Below the pieces are notes generated by a model. It saw nothing but the letters and a program-made list of their open reading frames with translations. It was not told the DNA's origin and did not search any database. A program made the position numbers and the translations under genes. From positions 18,446 to 82,445 of the IMG/VR virus record IMGVR_UViG_3300048838_001252: 64,000 nucleotides of DNA. One strand, 5' to 3'. This stretch comes from a virus. Positions 41,789 to 51,234 of the stretch are shown piece by piece; position 1 is the stretch's first letter; each line of letters begins with the position of its first letter.

Positions 41789-42979
41789 TTAATGTATTAA
41801 CAAATATACCCCAAGTACATCTTTTCGATGTGCTGCAGTATCTGCATCTGAAGGTGTTACGATAACATTCCAAAGATTTGTTCCTTGCTCTGGTTTTTTC
41901 AACATTTCGTCAGAAGATATAATTGTATTTCTATCAATATCGTAGAATGTTGCCATAAAATCTTTTAACTGATTAAGTGCTTCTGGTGATTTGTAACGGT
42001 AAATATTTTTATATTCGGGTTTACCTTGTTTCATTACCTGCTCACCCTTTTTATTTAGGACTGGTTTCTTAATTACATTAATATAGTCTTTAAAGACATG
42101 TTTTGGAACAACATCTGCGTGCTTATCTTTTAGTTTGTCTATTAAATGTGTTTCTGGAGAACCGGGGTCAACCGAGAACCGGAATACAAAATTATCTGGA
42201 ACATCTGCTTTTTTTGCAGAAGAAACCATTTTTGTATATGCATAATGTAAAACATTTGGCGTTCTTCTTGCAATGTCCATAGCTAATTCAAGGTATTTGT
42301 CAGAAATAAAATCTCCAGAATCATGCCATCTAACTATTGTCGTTAAACCCTTTTTTTCATTGTTAATTCTGGCAGTTTCAATTTCATCAATAACTTTATA
42401 TCTAAACTCATCCCAATGATTTAAAAGAAAATTTAAAATTCTTGATTTGCTCATTGCAGCATCATTGTACATTACAGACCTACCTTTTTGCTGAAAACAG
42501 TAATCTTTACAATGACCAGCGTTTGGGCAAGTATCCACAACTTTAAATTCTTTATTTTTTTCGTCAAAGAACAAACCCTTATATGCAGGTAATGAAATTT
42601 TTAATATGTTGGTTTTTCCAACCTTATCATTTGTACCTAAAATTGTTAATGGTCTTTGCGTAAATTCTTGTGCTAATTTTTTATCGTCAATTACGTTTCC
42701 ACCCATGTCAACAATTTCAATTGTTTTTTTATGAATGTATGGGTCTTCCCTATCACGGGGAGCATCACTTTTTCTTTTATCTGTAATTGTTTGTACATCT
42801 GCAGGTCTTAATCCAACCCCCTCAATATCTTCTTCAAGATTAGGGGTTTTCGCAAAACTTTCTAAATCGATGAAATCGCTACCATCAAAACCCGGTGGTA
42901 ATGAACCAGCTTCGTTTAATTTCATACCTGCGACTCTTTCCATCATTTCAAAAAGTCGCTTTTTAGTATCCTTTATCAT
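41789..42979 (-). CDS. Gp88-like (radical-SAM-related) protein with RLFEMM leader
   Basis: CPNAGHCKDYC, VRWHDSGDF, YAYTK; start at MIKDTKK because 42997 overlaps the promoter. Confidence 0.65.
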   Translation of the reverse strand: MIKDTKKRLFEMMERVAGMKLNEAGSLPPGFDGSDFIDLESFAKTPNLEEDIEGVGLRPADVQTITDKRKSDAPRDREDPYIHKKTIEIVDMGGNVIDDKKLAQEFTQRPLTILGTNDKVGKTNILKISLPAYKGLFFDEKNKEFKVVDTCPNAGHCKDYCFQQKGRSVMYNDAAMSKSRILNFLLNHWDEFRYKVIDEIETARINNEKKGLTTIVRWHDSGDFISDKYLELAMDIARRTPNVLHYAYTKMVSSAKKADVPDNFVFRFSVDPGSPETHLIDKLKDKHADVVPKHVFKDYINVIKKPVLNKKGEQVMKQGKPEYKNIYRYKSPEALNQLKDFMATFYDIDRNTIISSDEMLKKPEQGTNLWNVIVTPSDADTAAHRKDVLGVYLLIH

Positions 42980-43052
42980 TCTGAAATCATTTTTCATAAA
43001 TACTTCAATATATTCAAATACAAATAGTATTTATATTAAATTCTTGTACAAA

Positions 43053-44909
43053 ATGAATTTAGAATGCTTAAACGACATAATAACCGATAATTTGGCTATA
43101 CATATTGACCTAACGAACGTTAAGTCATGGGACTTAAATACGGGGTTCACATCAATTAGTTTAACTAAATGGTCTGGTGCAGTTTCTGATAATCTGGACT
43201 TAATTGATTTCGGTTTAACTGGTTTTGATAACGGCAGAACCGATAAAATGTGGGAAGGAATTAAATTTACACCCAAAGATACATTATTTACTATGTATCG
43301 TATAGGGTATAACGTAGTTGATAATCCAACAAGCGGTGAAACAAGTGGTGTTACGGTTTCAACCGAATTTGACTTATATCCAATAAGTGCCATAACCACC
43401 GGAGCAAGCGGAAACTACTTTGAACTTGCTGGTGGGTATTTACAAGGATTTTTCAAATTAGACCAATATAATTACGAACTTCTACCCGCAAGATATAATA
43501 ATGGTATAACCATAGAAACACTATTATACTTACACCCAAATTCTCAGGGTATTTTTTACATGATGGGTGCACGTGCGGAAGATAAGTATAATCCATACTT
43601 TAGTGGAGAAACCATTACAGGTATCACTTCAACTGGTGTCACTACAAGTTTTGACAACTATCTCGATGCTATTAAGGAAAAGGAAACTGTAAAAAGTGGT
43701 TTTGGTGTGTATGAAGACAGAATGGAAATAACACCGGAACAAGTAAATCCAATTGAAAATATAAAAAATAATGTGATTGCTTTTGCAATGACCGAAGATA
43801 AAAAATTAGCGTACAAGTACATTAATAATGAAGGATTAGTTGTGGTTAACACATCGCCTTCTGCAATTAGTAGAACCGGATTTACGTGGATTACGATTGG
43901 TTTTGCACCCGATAGCGTGATAGATGACCCAGATTTACTTATTTGTGCAGAACAAAGAAAAGGAAGATTAACGTTCTATATCAATGGTCGTGCTTTCTGG
44001 ACATTAAAAGAATTTCCAGAATTCTTTTTCAAATCGTTTGCAAATGACAAAGAAAAACAAATAGGTGTACCATATTCTATTAGTTGGGGTGGTGGTTCAT
44101 TTGGATTAAAACACTCGTGGCACTATGATTATCAGACATATAATATCTATACTGGTCAAGACGATGATTACTTAAACAACACTTTTTTAATTCAAGGAGA
44201 CCCAATCCCTAACGAATGTAACCCAACACCAAGTGAGCAATATTTACCGGGATTGTCATTAAGTGCTGATAGTACTACTTTCAGCGTTATTGATGAATGT
44301 AATCCAGAGGTAGAAACTCCATTGACTGTAATGAGGATTGAACATACCGGAAATACAGCAACAACTTATTTTATTAAGTTCAACCAACCAGTTTCAGTAT
44401 TATCGAACAGAAATTATGTTGTTGACATGTCAGTATATAACGATAATTTCTTCACATATCTTGCTCAAAATAAGAAAATAACAATTTTGGTTTACAGCGA
44501 TACTGTAGATGTGAGTATTATAGAAAGTGTTGAATACACCAAGAATTCGTTTGTTGGTACATGGATGCCACTTAAAACTGTTTTCAGAACTGAAGAAAAT
44601 AGTGGACAACATTTTGTTTATATTGGTATTCTTATTGAGTCCGACCTCGAATTTAATCTAAATTCACCATTATTTGTAAGAGATTTTACATATACTGGTG
44701 CTGATATTCTTGTGATTGATGAAAGAAAAGATGATTTGTTGATTGAACAAAACTTTGACTCAGGCTTCATTGGTGGAATTCAAAAACTACGTATATATGA
44801 TACAGCGTTGACCTCAACAGAAGTTCTACATAATATCTATTGGGAAACCAGAAATAATCCGGGTCAGAACATTGTTGTCAGCAAGGGTGGAAGAATAATA
44901 TATCGTTAA
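43053..44909 (+). CDS. Virion structural protein with LamG/ConA-like domain
   Basis: Start MNLECL after late motif at 43027; LTFYING, FIGGIQKLRIYD.AL. Confidence 0.6.
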   Translation: MNLECLNDIITDNLAIHIDLTNVKSWDLNTGFTSISLTKWSGAVSDNLDLIDFGLTGFDNGRTDKMWEGIKFTPKDTLFTMYRIGYNVVDNPTSGETSGVTVSTEFDLYPISAITTGASGNYFELAGGYLQGFFKLDQYNYELLPARYNNGITIETLLYLHPNSQGIFYMMGARAEDKYNPYFSGETITGITSTGVTTSFDNYLDAIKEKETVKSGFGVYEDRMEITPEQVNPIENIKNNVIAFAMTEDKKLAYKYINNEGLVVVNTSPSAISRTGFTWITIGFAPDSVIDDPDLLICAEQRKGRLTFYINGRAFWTLKEFPEFFFKSFANDKEKQIGVPYSISWGGGSFGLKHSWHYDYQTYNIYTGQDDDYLNNTFLIQGDPIPNECNPTPSEQYLPGLSLSADSTTFSVIDECNPEVETPLTVMRIEHTGNTATTYFIKFNQPVSVLSNRNYVVDMSVYNDNFFTYLAQNKKITILVYSDTVDVSIIESVEYTKNSFVGTWMPLKTVFRTEENSGQHFVYIGILIESDLEFNLNSPLFVRDFTYTGADILVIDERKDDLLIEQNFDSGFIGGIQKLRIYDTALTSTEVLHNIYWETRNNPGQNIVVSKGGRIIYR

Positions 44910-45113
44910 ATGAGCAGACTACTTGAAATTTACGAAGGCTGGAAAAATTACACGTTTCCAAATGCTGAAGTTGAAAAGCAAGCCAAGGAAAGAATGAAAA
45001 TTTGTATAGACTGTAAAATGATAAAGAAAAATAACGTCTGCATGATGTGCGGTTGTTATATGCCAGCCAAGGTCAGAAGTCCAAAATCCAGTTGTAAGTT
45101 AAAAAAATGGTAG
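44910..45113 (+). CDS. Small Cys-rich protein
   Basis: R..IC..C...C..CGC...AK.....SC...KW. Confidence 0.65.
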   Translation: MSRLLEIYEGWKNYTFPNAEVEKQAKERMKICIDCKMIKKNNVCMMCGCYMPAKVRSPKSSCKLKKW

Positions 45114-45114
45114 T

Positions 45115-45531
45115 TTAAATTGTACTTGTTGTGAGAACATATGAGTTTTCAAGTGCTTTCCCTTCAAAAACATCATCATCTAAACACATCTTATTGTATT
45201 GTTCGAGAATTTTAGTTTCACCGTGAATAATAATTTCGAGACGACCATTCAAACATGTAATACAACCAATATATTCTCTCTTTTTAAGGTCAAAATATGC
45301 ACCCTTGGGAATGTAAAAGAAAATTGTTTTTTCTTGAGGTTTGTCTGTATTAACAACCTTTTTATATTTAATTTGGGTATTATCTTCACAGTTGTCCCAA
45401 TATGTGAAAAAACGAATAATAATACCATCATCAACTTCGTGAACAACAGGAAGTTGTTGAATTAGCAATTCTTTTCTTTTGTCGATTAAATCATTAATTT
45501 TTTTTAATATTTCCCTTTTTTCATTGTTCAT
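45115..45531 (-). CDS. Hypothetical protein (cupin-like?)
   Basis: ORF track; beta-rich C-terminus. Confidence 0.5.
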   Translation of the reverse strand: MNNEKREILKKINDLIDKRKELLIQQLPVVHEVDDGIIIRFFTYWDNCEDNTQIKYKKVVNTDKPQEKTIFFYIPKGAYFDLKKREYIGCITCLNGRLEIIIHGETKILEQYNKMCLDDDVFEGKALENSYVLTTSTI

Positions 45532-45535
45532 CTTT

Positions 45536-46189
45536 TTAACAATATGGTGCTTTACTTAAATTCTTAAATTCCCTACTATTATCTTCAATACCTAAACTAT
45601 TGCTTTCGATATAGCCTTCAGTATATTCTTTAATAAATAGTGTTCTGATATTATGTGGTGCTCTTTGAAATGCGGTAAATTTAATTTCATCGCCATCGCT
45701 TGAAAACAATGAAACCTCAACATCGTCCCAATCCAAATAATTAAAATATGCTTCGCCAGAAGGTTCAATTGCATCTGCCATAGTACCACCCCAATTACCG
45801 GGGTCATAATATCCACCTTTACCAATCGAGATTCTGTCTGAGTTGAAAAATAAATTGAATTTTAGGGGTTCTTTGTATTGGTCGTACTTATAGGTTATCT
45901 CTAAATTATAATCTAAGGTGATGTAGGAAGCATCGTCAAAATCATCTTCCCAATTTCCACCGATACTTGCATCTTCAACTTTTATTCCAATTTTGGAATT
46001 TCTTGCCGTCTTTTTATTGTCGCTAACACTTAATAAAGAATCACAAATAAATTGTTTTTGGAAATCTTCGTTGCTTAACAAATCCAAGACTTCCTGTTCT
46101 TTAAGGTATGCATCATTACCTAAAAAATCAAAATTCGAAACTTCTTCGTTAATGATTTTAATTAAATCTTTCTTTTTCACAGAAATCAT
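45536..46189 (-). CDS. Putative internal head protein (IINEE leader)
   Basis: MISVKKKDLIKIINEEV; late motif at 46198. Confidence 0.55.
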   Translation of the reverse strand: MISVKKKDLIKIINEEVSNFDFLGNDAYLKEQEVLDLLSNEDFQKQFICDSLLSVSDNKKTARNSKIGIKVEDASIGGNWEDDFDDASYITLDYNLEITYKYDQYKEPLKFNLFFNSDRISIGKGGYYDPGNWGGTMADAIEPSGEAYFNYLDWDDVEVSLFSSDGDEIKFTAFQRAPHNIRTLFIKEYTEGYIESNSLGIEDNSREFKNLSKAPYC

Positions 46190-46261
46190 TTTTAATAATA
46201 AATACTTATAACTTTATATAAAATCAAAAACATTTTTGTCACTTGAAAGTATTTATGTAAA

Positions 46262-46417
46262 GAAAGTCATTGCTTAATTTAGAATTAAGTTAGGTCTGAT
46301 AAAGTCAGGAATGATTTTTAAAATTAAATACCACATCGCCCGACAGGGGTTAGGTAAAATTTTAAGAACTTGACTTCAAAATTATAATTGCATCACAGTG
46401 TGGTGCAATTATTTTTT
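46262..46417 (+). ncRNA. Candidate late small RNA
   Basis: Late motif at 46249, no ORF, several hairpins, terminator AATTGCATCAC/GTGGTGCAATT+T-run. Confidence 0.45.
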
Positions 46418-46446
46418 AAAATATTTTTCATTTTTTTTGAAAAAAG

Positions 46447-46477
46447 TTTGTATTTATGATTTTAATGCATATATTTG
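46447..46477 (+). promoter_or_regulatory. Bacteroidota housekeeping promoter for tRNA array 1
   Basis: TTTG-N19-TATATTTG. Confidence 0.8.
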
Positions 46478-46520
46478 CATCGAAGTTTTTAGTTAAACAT
46501 AGTTGTTAGAGTTTTGAGTT

Positions 46521-46595
46521 ATGAAAAATTTAGTGTACATAGTGCCCCAACCGCAACAACATCCACAGGATGGTGAATGGGGAAAGTACGCTTAA
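46521..46595 (+). CDS. Attenuator leader peptide 1, MKNLVYIVPQPQQHPQDGEWGKYA
   Basis: Run CCC CAA CCG CAA CAA CAT CCA CAG; lies between promoter and terminator. Confidence 0.8.
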   Translation: MKNLVYIVPQPQQHPQDGEWGKYA

Positions 46596-46622
46596 ATTTT
46601 TCGTGAAAGTTTAAGGTGAAGT

Positions 46623-46654
46623 AGACCCCATTCTGAAAAGAGTGGGGTTTTTTT
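46623..46654 (+). terminator. Attenuator terminator 1
   Basis: AGACCCCATTCT-gaaa-AGAGTGGGGTTT+T-run; left arm can pair instead with GAATGGGG at 46575-46582. Confidence 0.85.
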
Positions 46655-46703
46655 GTAACATTTTTTTCGTTCTTTCGTATAATGAGTTTTGAAATATATA
46701 AAA

Positions 46704-47135
46704 ATGAATAAGATTTGTACAAAATGTAAGAGTTCTTTGAATATTGATGAATTTCCCATTGTTAATGGAAAAACAAAAAAACGTAGTTCAATGTGTTTGA
46801 CGTGTAAAAGAGAGTATGATAGGGAATATCATAAGAAATATGCCGAAAAACGTAATGAACTAAAAAGAAAAACACAATTAAAGAATAGACTTAGAAATAG
46901 AAAGTTTATTGTTGATTATTTAAAAGAAAATCCGTGCGTTGATTGCGGGGAAAATGATTTTATTGTGCTTGAATTTGACCACAAATACGATAAAAAATTT
47001 AACCTTGCTGACGCAGCCAGACGTGGGTATTCTTTGAAAACAATAAAAAAAGAAATTGAAAAGTGTGATGTTGTTTGTGCCAATTGTCATAGACGCAGAA
47101 CAGCAAAACAATTTAATTATTATATCAGGGTGTGA
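46704..47135 (+). CDS. HNH endonuclease (zinc-binding)
   Basis: C..C, C.DCG, LEFDH, KC.VVCANCH. Confidence 0.85.
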   Translation: MNKICTKCKSSLNIDEFPIVNGKTKKRSSMCLTCKREYDREYHKKYAEKRNELKRKTQLKNRLRNRKFIVDYLKENPCVDCGENDFIVLEFDHKYDKKFNLADAARRGYSLKTIKKEIEKCDVVCANCHRRRTAKQFNYYIRV

Positions 47136-47219
47136 GCGAGAGGTTGAAGCTACTGGTCTTGGAAACCAGTGACGGCACAAAGGCGTTGTCGTCCGTGGGT
47201 TCGAACCCCACCACCCTGA
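47126..47219 (+). tRNA. tRNA-Pro(TGG) with long variable arm (atypical)
   Basis: CAGGGTG/CACCCTG-A acceptor, CTGGT-CTTGGAA-ACCAG, 7-bp variable stem. Confidence 0.7.
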
Positions 47220-47295
47220 CAAACCGCCCCAAACGGTATATAAAATTGTAATCAAGCAGTGCGCATTTAGTGCTAATTACATATTTGGGACACAT

Positions 47296-47371
47296 GGTGA
47301 TTGTAGAGGAATTGGTAGACTCACCTGACTGTGAATCAGGAATCTTGCGGGTTCAAGTCCCGTCTTTCACC
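47296..47371 (+). tRNA. tRNA-His(GTG)
   Basis: CCTGA-CTGTGAA-TCAGG, G-1, C73. Confidence 0.85.
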
Positions 47372-47400
47372 CAAATAGTGTTCATTGAAATATTGTTTTT

Positions 47401-47473
47401 CGGGATGTGGTGTAGTTGGTAACATGCGTGCTTTGGGAGCATGAGACCGTGGGTTCGAGTCCCGCCATCCCGA
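47401..47473 (+). tRNA. tRNA-Pro(TGG)
   Basis: CGGGATG/CATCCCG, CGTGC-TTTGGGA-GCATG. Confidence 0.9.
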
Positions 47474-47475
47474 CT

Positions 47476-47549
47476 GTGTTAGTGGACTGTTGGTTTGTCC
47501 GTCAAGATTGTGACTCTTGTTGACGGGGGTTCGATTCCCCTCTAACACC
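47476..47549 (+). tRNA. tRNA-His(GTG)
   Basis: GTGTTAG/CTAACAC-C, CAAGA-TTGTGAC-TCTTG. Confidence 0.8.
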
Positions 47550-47565
47550 CAAAAATACATGATAT

Positions 47566-47638
47566 TGTCTCATGGTGTAATTGGCAACACGTTTGACTCT
47601 GAATCAAAAGAGTGGGGGTTCGAAACCCTCTGAGACAA
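47566..47638 (+). tRNA. tRNA-Gln(CTG)
   Basis: TGTCTCA/TGAGACA, TTTGA-CTCTGAA-TCAAA. Confidence 0.9.
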
Positions 47639-47643
47639 CAAAT

Positions 47644-47752
47644 GGTCTTCTGGTGGAATTGGAAGACATACCCTTTAAGGGGGCGAAGGTAATAACAGGT
47701 GTTCCAATAGAACAGAATAACTTCATTGCAGGTTCGAATCCTGTGAAGACCA
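47644..47752 (+). ncRNA. tRNA-like RNA with truncated anticodon arm and large insert
   Basis: GGTCTTC/GAAGACC acceptor, normal D and T arms, CCCT-TTAA-GGGG mini hairpin. Confidence 0.55.
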
Positions 47753-47797
47753 CGAATGCCGAAATGCGGAGCAGAAATGCGCCAAATTACGGAATAT

Positions 47798-47878
47798 TAT
47801 CCTCTGGCAGAATGGTTATTGCATCGCCCTTTGAAGGCGACACCGAAAGGTTTGCAGGTTCGAGTCCTGCGGGGATAA
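47798..47878 (+). tRNA. tRNA-Gln(TTG) with variable arm (atypical)
   Basis: TATCCTC/GGGGATA, TCGCC-CTTTGAA-GGCGA, ACC-GAAA-GGT arm. Confidence 0.75.
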
Positions 47879-47924
47879 CAAAAAATTTTGAAAATTCAAT
47901 TTTTTTTCTACCTTTGTAAAAAAT

Positions 47925-47997
47925 TGACCTGTGGTGTAATTGGCAACACGTCAGATTTTGGTTCTGAAGTCTCTGAGTTCGAGTCTCAGCAGGTCAA
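47925..47997 (+). tRNA. tRNA-Gln(TTG)
   Basis: TGACCTG/CAGGTCA, TCAGA-TTTTGGT-TCTGA; TACCTTTG promoter-like site at 47909. Confidence 0.9.
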
Positions 47998-48013
47998 CTA
48001 ATTTTCTTGGAAT

Positions 48014-48241
48014 ATGGATGAATTAGAAATATTACGAAAAGAAAACGAAGATTTAAAAGACAAACTAACCGATTTGACTTTCGAATTGAATTACAATAAA
48101 CAAACGGAGTTAATTGAATTCGTTCGTGAATTATATCAATCATTAGGCAATGTTGGTAAAAATCTTACAAAAAAAGAATTGGTTGAAAATCTGAGAAACT
48201 ATATTAGAGAGTTTACAAAAAATAATAAAATACAATTATGA
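48014..48241 (+). CDS. Hypothetical coiled-coil protein
   Basis: ORF track. Confidence 0.55.
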   Translation: MDELEILRKENEDLKDKLTDLTFELNYNKQTELIEFVRELYQSLGNVGKNLTKKELVENLRNYIREFTKNNKIQL

Positions 48242-48672
48242 GTTACAATTTATTTCTTGACGATGTTCGTATGCCGAAGGATGCCTTCGAATACATGAAA
48301 CAACCAATTTATATTTCGGTTGAATGGATTGTTGTCAGGAATTATTATGCCTTCATCACACTAATTGAGAATAAGGGTGTCCCGGAAATCATATCGTTTG
48401 ACCACGACCTTGCCGATGAGCATTACGATTATCAAGAACAGTTTGGCAACAACGAAATCTACGATGTTATGACCGAAAAAACCGGATATCATTGTGCAAA
48501 GTGGCTTATTGATTACTGTATTGATAATGAAAAGGAACTTCCTGCCGAAATCATCATTCATTCAATGAATCCTGCAGGAAGTATGAACATCAAGTCATTA
48601 TTTAACACCTACATCAAAGTACATGGAAAAAAGCCAATTGATGTTTATGTATTACCTTCTTCCAGAAGATGA
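48238..48672 (+). CDS. Cyclic-phosphate-processing receiver-like domain protein
   Basis: LFLDD.R.P, ISFDHDL, TGY.CAKW, IHSMNP.G. Confidence 0.75.
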   Translation: MSYNLFLDDVRMPKDAFEYMKQPIYISVEWIVVRNYYAFITLIENKGVPEIISFDHDLADEHYDYQEQFGNNEIYDVMTEKTGYHCAKWLIDYCIDNEKELPAEIIIHSMNPAGSMNIKSLFNTYIKVHGKKPIDVYVLPSSRR

Positions 48673-49518
48673 ACGGCTTGAACCAGTAGAACTTCCTGTA
48701 CTTCTATTTACTGTCCCACTATTTGAACTCCTTGATTGCGTTGGTTGTGAATAACTACGTGGCGTTGTATTTGTCGTTCTATTTGTCGGTGCAACTGACG
48801 GTGCTCTTGTCGGTGCAGTACGTGAATATGAGGGAGCAGTTGAGGGTGCTCTTGAGGGAGCAGTTCTCGTTGGTGTACTATAAGTACGTGATTGAGTACT
48901 TGTAGTTGTACGTGTTGTTGTACTTCGAGTTGTATTAGTATTATTATATGCTGGACGTGTGCTCATGCGTGGTGAACTATAGGTCGGCTTGTAAGTTCTC
49001 GCATCATCAGTGCGAGTTTCTTGTCTCTGTAGAGTAGATGTTCTCCTTTGTGGTTGATTATAAACAGACCTACTTGAAGTCACATATCTATTTCTATGAC
49101 CGTAATTATAGCTAACATATTGTCTATTATGACCCCAATACCCATAATTATAGCTAATATAGTATCTATTGTAGTGCCAATAGTTATATCTATAATAAGG
49201 AGTGTACCAGTAATCATAGAAGAAAGGGTCGTAATAACTATAATATGGCTGATAATAGTATGGGTATCGGTAGCCGAAAGTCAATAAAAAACGATAATTT
49301 GGCTCGTTATAATCTCTACAATAATTGTTAATTATCACTGGTTCAGATTTTTCCTTAACAACAATATAAACAGTATCTATTTTTGTTGTGTCAGGAGTAC
49401 CATATAATTCTTTGTCTTTCTCCAGACGATATTTCTCGTAATTTGAGAGTTCTCTTTCCTGTGCAATTAATGTAAATGCAAAGAGAATTGCGAGTAGTGT
49501 TAATAGTATCTTTTTCAT
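48652..49518 (-). CDS. Secreted protein with Tyr-rich core and Ser/Thr/Arg-rich tail
   Basis: Signal peptide ending LIA-Q; YYxPYY repeats; SSGRR end. Confidence 0.65.
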   Translation of the reverse strand: MKKILLTLLAILFAFTLIAQERELSNYEKYRLEKDKELYGTPDTTKIDTVYIVVKEKSEPVIINNYCRDYNEPNYRFLLTFGYRYPYYYQPYYSYYDPFFYDYWYTPYYRYNYWHYNRYYISYNYGYWGHNRQYVSYNYGHRNRYVTSSRSVYNQPQRRTSTLQRQETRTDDARTYKPTYSSPRMSTRPAYNNTNTTRSTTTRTTTSTQSRTYSTPTRTAPSRAPSTAPSYSRTAPTRAPSVAPTNRTTNTTPRSYSQPTQSRSSNSGTVNRSTGSSTGSSRSSSGRR

Positions 49519-49603
49519 GACTTGTGTGTTTTTAATTAAAAGGCAATTAACGTGCCAGATTTTTTATAAATAGATTGGTATTTATGTAAAAAATATTCTT
49601 TCA

Positions 49604-50191
49604 ATGAAACAAAATGATAAAGAAAGGCTTTTTGAAGTCATGCATAAAGTTGCTGGACTACCATTAATCAATGAGAATATTGAAGAAAACAATGTTCCAA
49701 AATTAGGTTCTGTATATAAGGAAGGGGAAAGCTATCTTTGGAAAAACCAAAAAGTATTTGTCGATGAAAATAAAGAAACATTAATATTTGAACTTTTAAT
49801 TTCTGAGGTCATAAAATATGTTGCACCGGAATTAACACAGAAAATGAATATAGTTGGTAATCAAGTATTAAATTTACCATCATTTGACGACCAATTAACT
49901 CGAAATCAAGAATATTCGTCCATGTATCGACAATCGGGTGGTGATGAATTCTATAAAAAATACGATAAAATAAGTAAAACAATCTATAGAATCTTAAATT
50001 ATAACATCAATCTTACGGTGGTTATGGAAAAATCTCAAGCCAACCCCAAAGACTTTGTTCCTGTTGAACATATTTCAGGATTTAACAAAGCCATTGAAGA
50101 AATTAGTAAAGTTTTTAATGTTAATAAAATTGATTTAAGTATTGATATTGGAAAATTGTTACAGAAAAATTTTATAGAAATTGACAATTAA
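49604..50191 (+). CDS. Putative internal head protein (RLFEVM leader)
   Basis: MKQNDKERLFEVMHKVAGLPLINE; late motif at 49578. Confidence 0.6.
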   Translation: MKQNDKERLFEVMHKVAGLPLINENIEENNVPKLGSVYKEGESYLWKNQKVFVDENKETLIFELLISEVIKYVAPELTQKMNIVGNQVLNLPSFDDQLTRNQEYSSMYRQSGGDEFYKKYDKISKTIYRILNYNINLTVVMEKSQANPKDFVPVEHISGFNKAIEEISKVFNVNKIDLSIDIGKLLQKNFIEIDN

Positions 50192-50202
50192 ATACATGAT
50201 TT

Positions 50203-51234
50203 ATGAAACAAAATGATAAACAAAGACTTTTTGAAGTCATGACAAGGCTCGATAAAACATTCAAACCCAAATTGAATGAAGAAACATTTCGTGATAAAAA
50301 TTTCAAGTTTCATGAAGGAGATGAAGTTACGTTTTTAAAAGACGGAAAACAAATTGATGGTATTATTTCAGATTATGATTATCATATGATGACTTGGAAA
50401 CCCACATATAATATTGATTATATGCAAGATGGTAGAAAAATGACCATAATTGGTGTTTCAGAGGATAACATTACACTAAAAAAATCCGGGTCAGAAGAAG
50501 AGTATCAAAAAAGATTTAATCAAAATAAAATGATACATAAAATGCAAGATGGTTTAGAAGAAGAAGCAAACAACAACCAATATTTTCCAATAACAACACC
50601 TGTTAGTAGTGAAGACGATAAATTATTTACCGGATTGGTTAATCAGGGAATTGATTCGCATCTTGAAGGATTCACCAAAAGTACATTTGATGTAAAAGAT
50701 AGTGGTTTGGGAAAACGTAGGGTTTTTAATTTCCACACATCGGAACTTCCAATATTATTAAGAAGACTTGAAGAACTTGGAACGGAAGAAGCACTCCAAT
50801 GGAAAGACGATATTGAAAATTATGATAATAATATCAATGAAATGAATATTGGAGAAATGAGAGATGATGAATTTAAATATTTTCATCAAAGCGAAGGAAC
50901 ACCAATTACTAAACATAATGTTCTTGATTGGTTAAGAGACCATCCAGAAGATTTTGATAAATATAAACATTTATTAAATCCAAAGAGTACTGATACCATG
51001 AGACGTTTATTAATTACGCATCCTCAATTCGTCAATAAATTAAATTGGTATTTTAATCGTTTGGGTAGTGTTGACCTTAATCATATGTTAAATAAACGAC
51101 CAGAATTAATTGATGCAGTCGAATTACCATTAGAACATTTAGGTAGGAGAGATTTATTCTCGATATTGAAAAATCATCCTGAATTAAATAATCACCCTAA
51201 ACTACAACAAATAAAACAAAAATACGTAATATAA
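50203..51234 (+). CDS. Putative internal head protein (RLFEVM leader)
   Basis: MKQNDKQRLFEVMTRLDKTFKPKLNEE. Confidence 0.6.
   Translation: MKQNDKQRLFEVMTRLDKTFKPKLNEETFRDKNFKFHEGDEVTFLKDGKQIDGIISDYDYHMMTWKPTYNIDYMQDGRKMTIIGVSEDNITLKKSGSEEEYQKRFNQNKMIHKMQDGLEEEANNNQYFPITTPVSSEDDKLFTGLVNQGIDSHLEGFTKSTFDVKDSGLGKRRVFNFHTSELPILLRRLEELGTEEALQWKDDIENYDNNINEMNIGEMRDDEFKYFHQSEGTPITKHNVLDWLRDHPEDFDKYKHLLNPKSTDTMRRLLITHPQFVNKLNWYFNRLGSVDLNHMLNKRPELIDAVELPLEHLGRRDLFSILKNHPELNNHPKLQQIKQKYVI

Noticed and set aside
42735-43052. N-terminal extension of the 724-aa ORF
   Set aside because: Antisense to a real gene; the late motif points to ATG 43053
47126-47219. Calling this tRNA-Ser(GGA)
   Set aside because: Stem symmetry centres the loop on TGG, and C1:G72/A73 fit Pro rather than Ser (G73)
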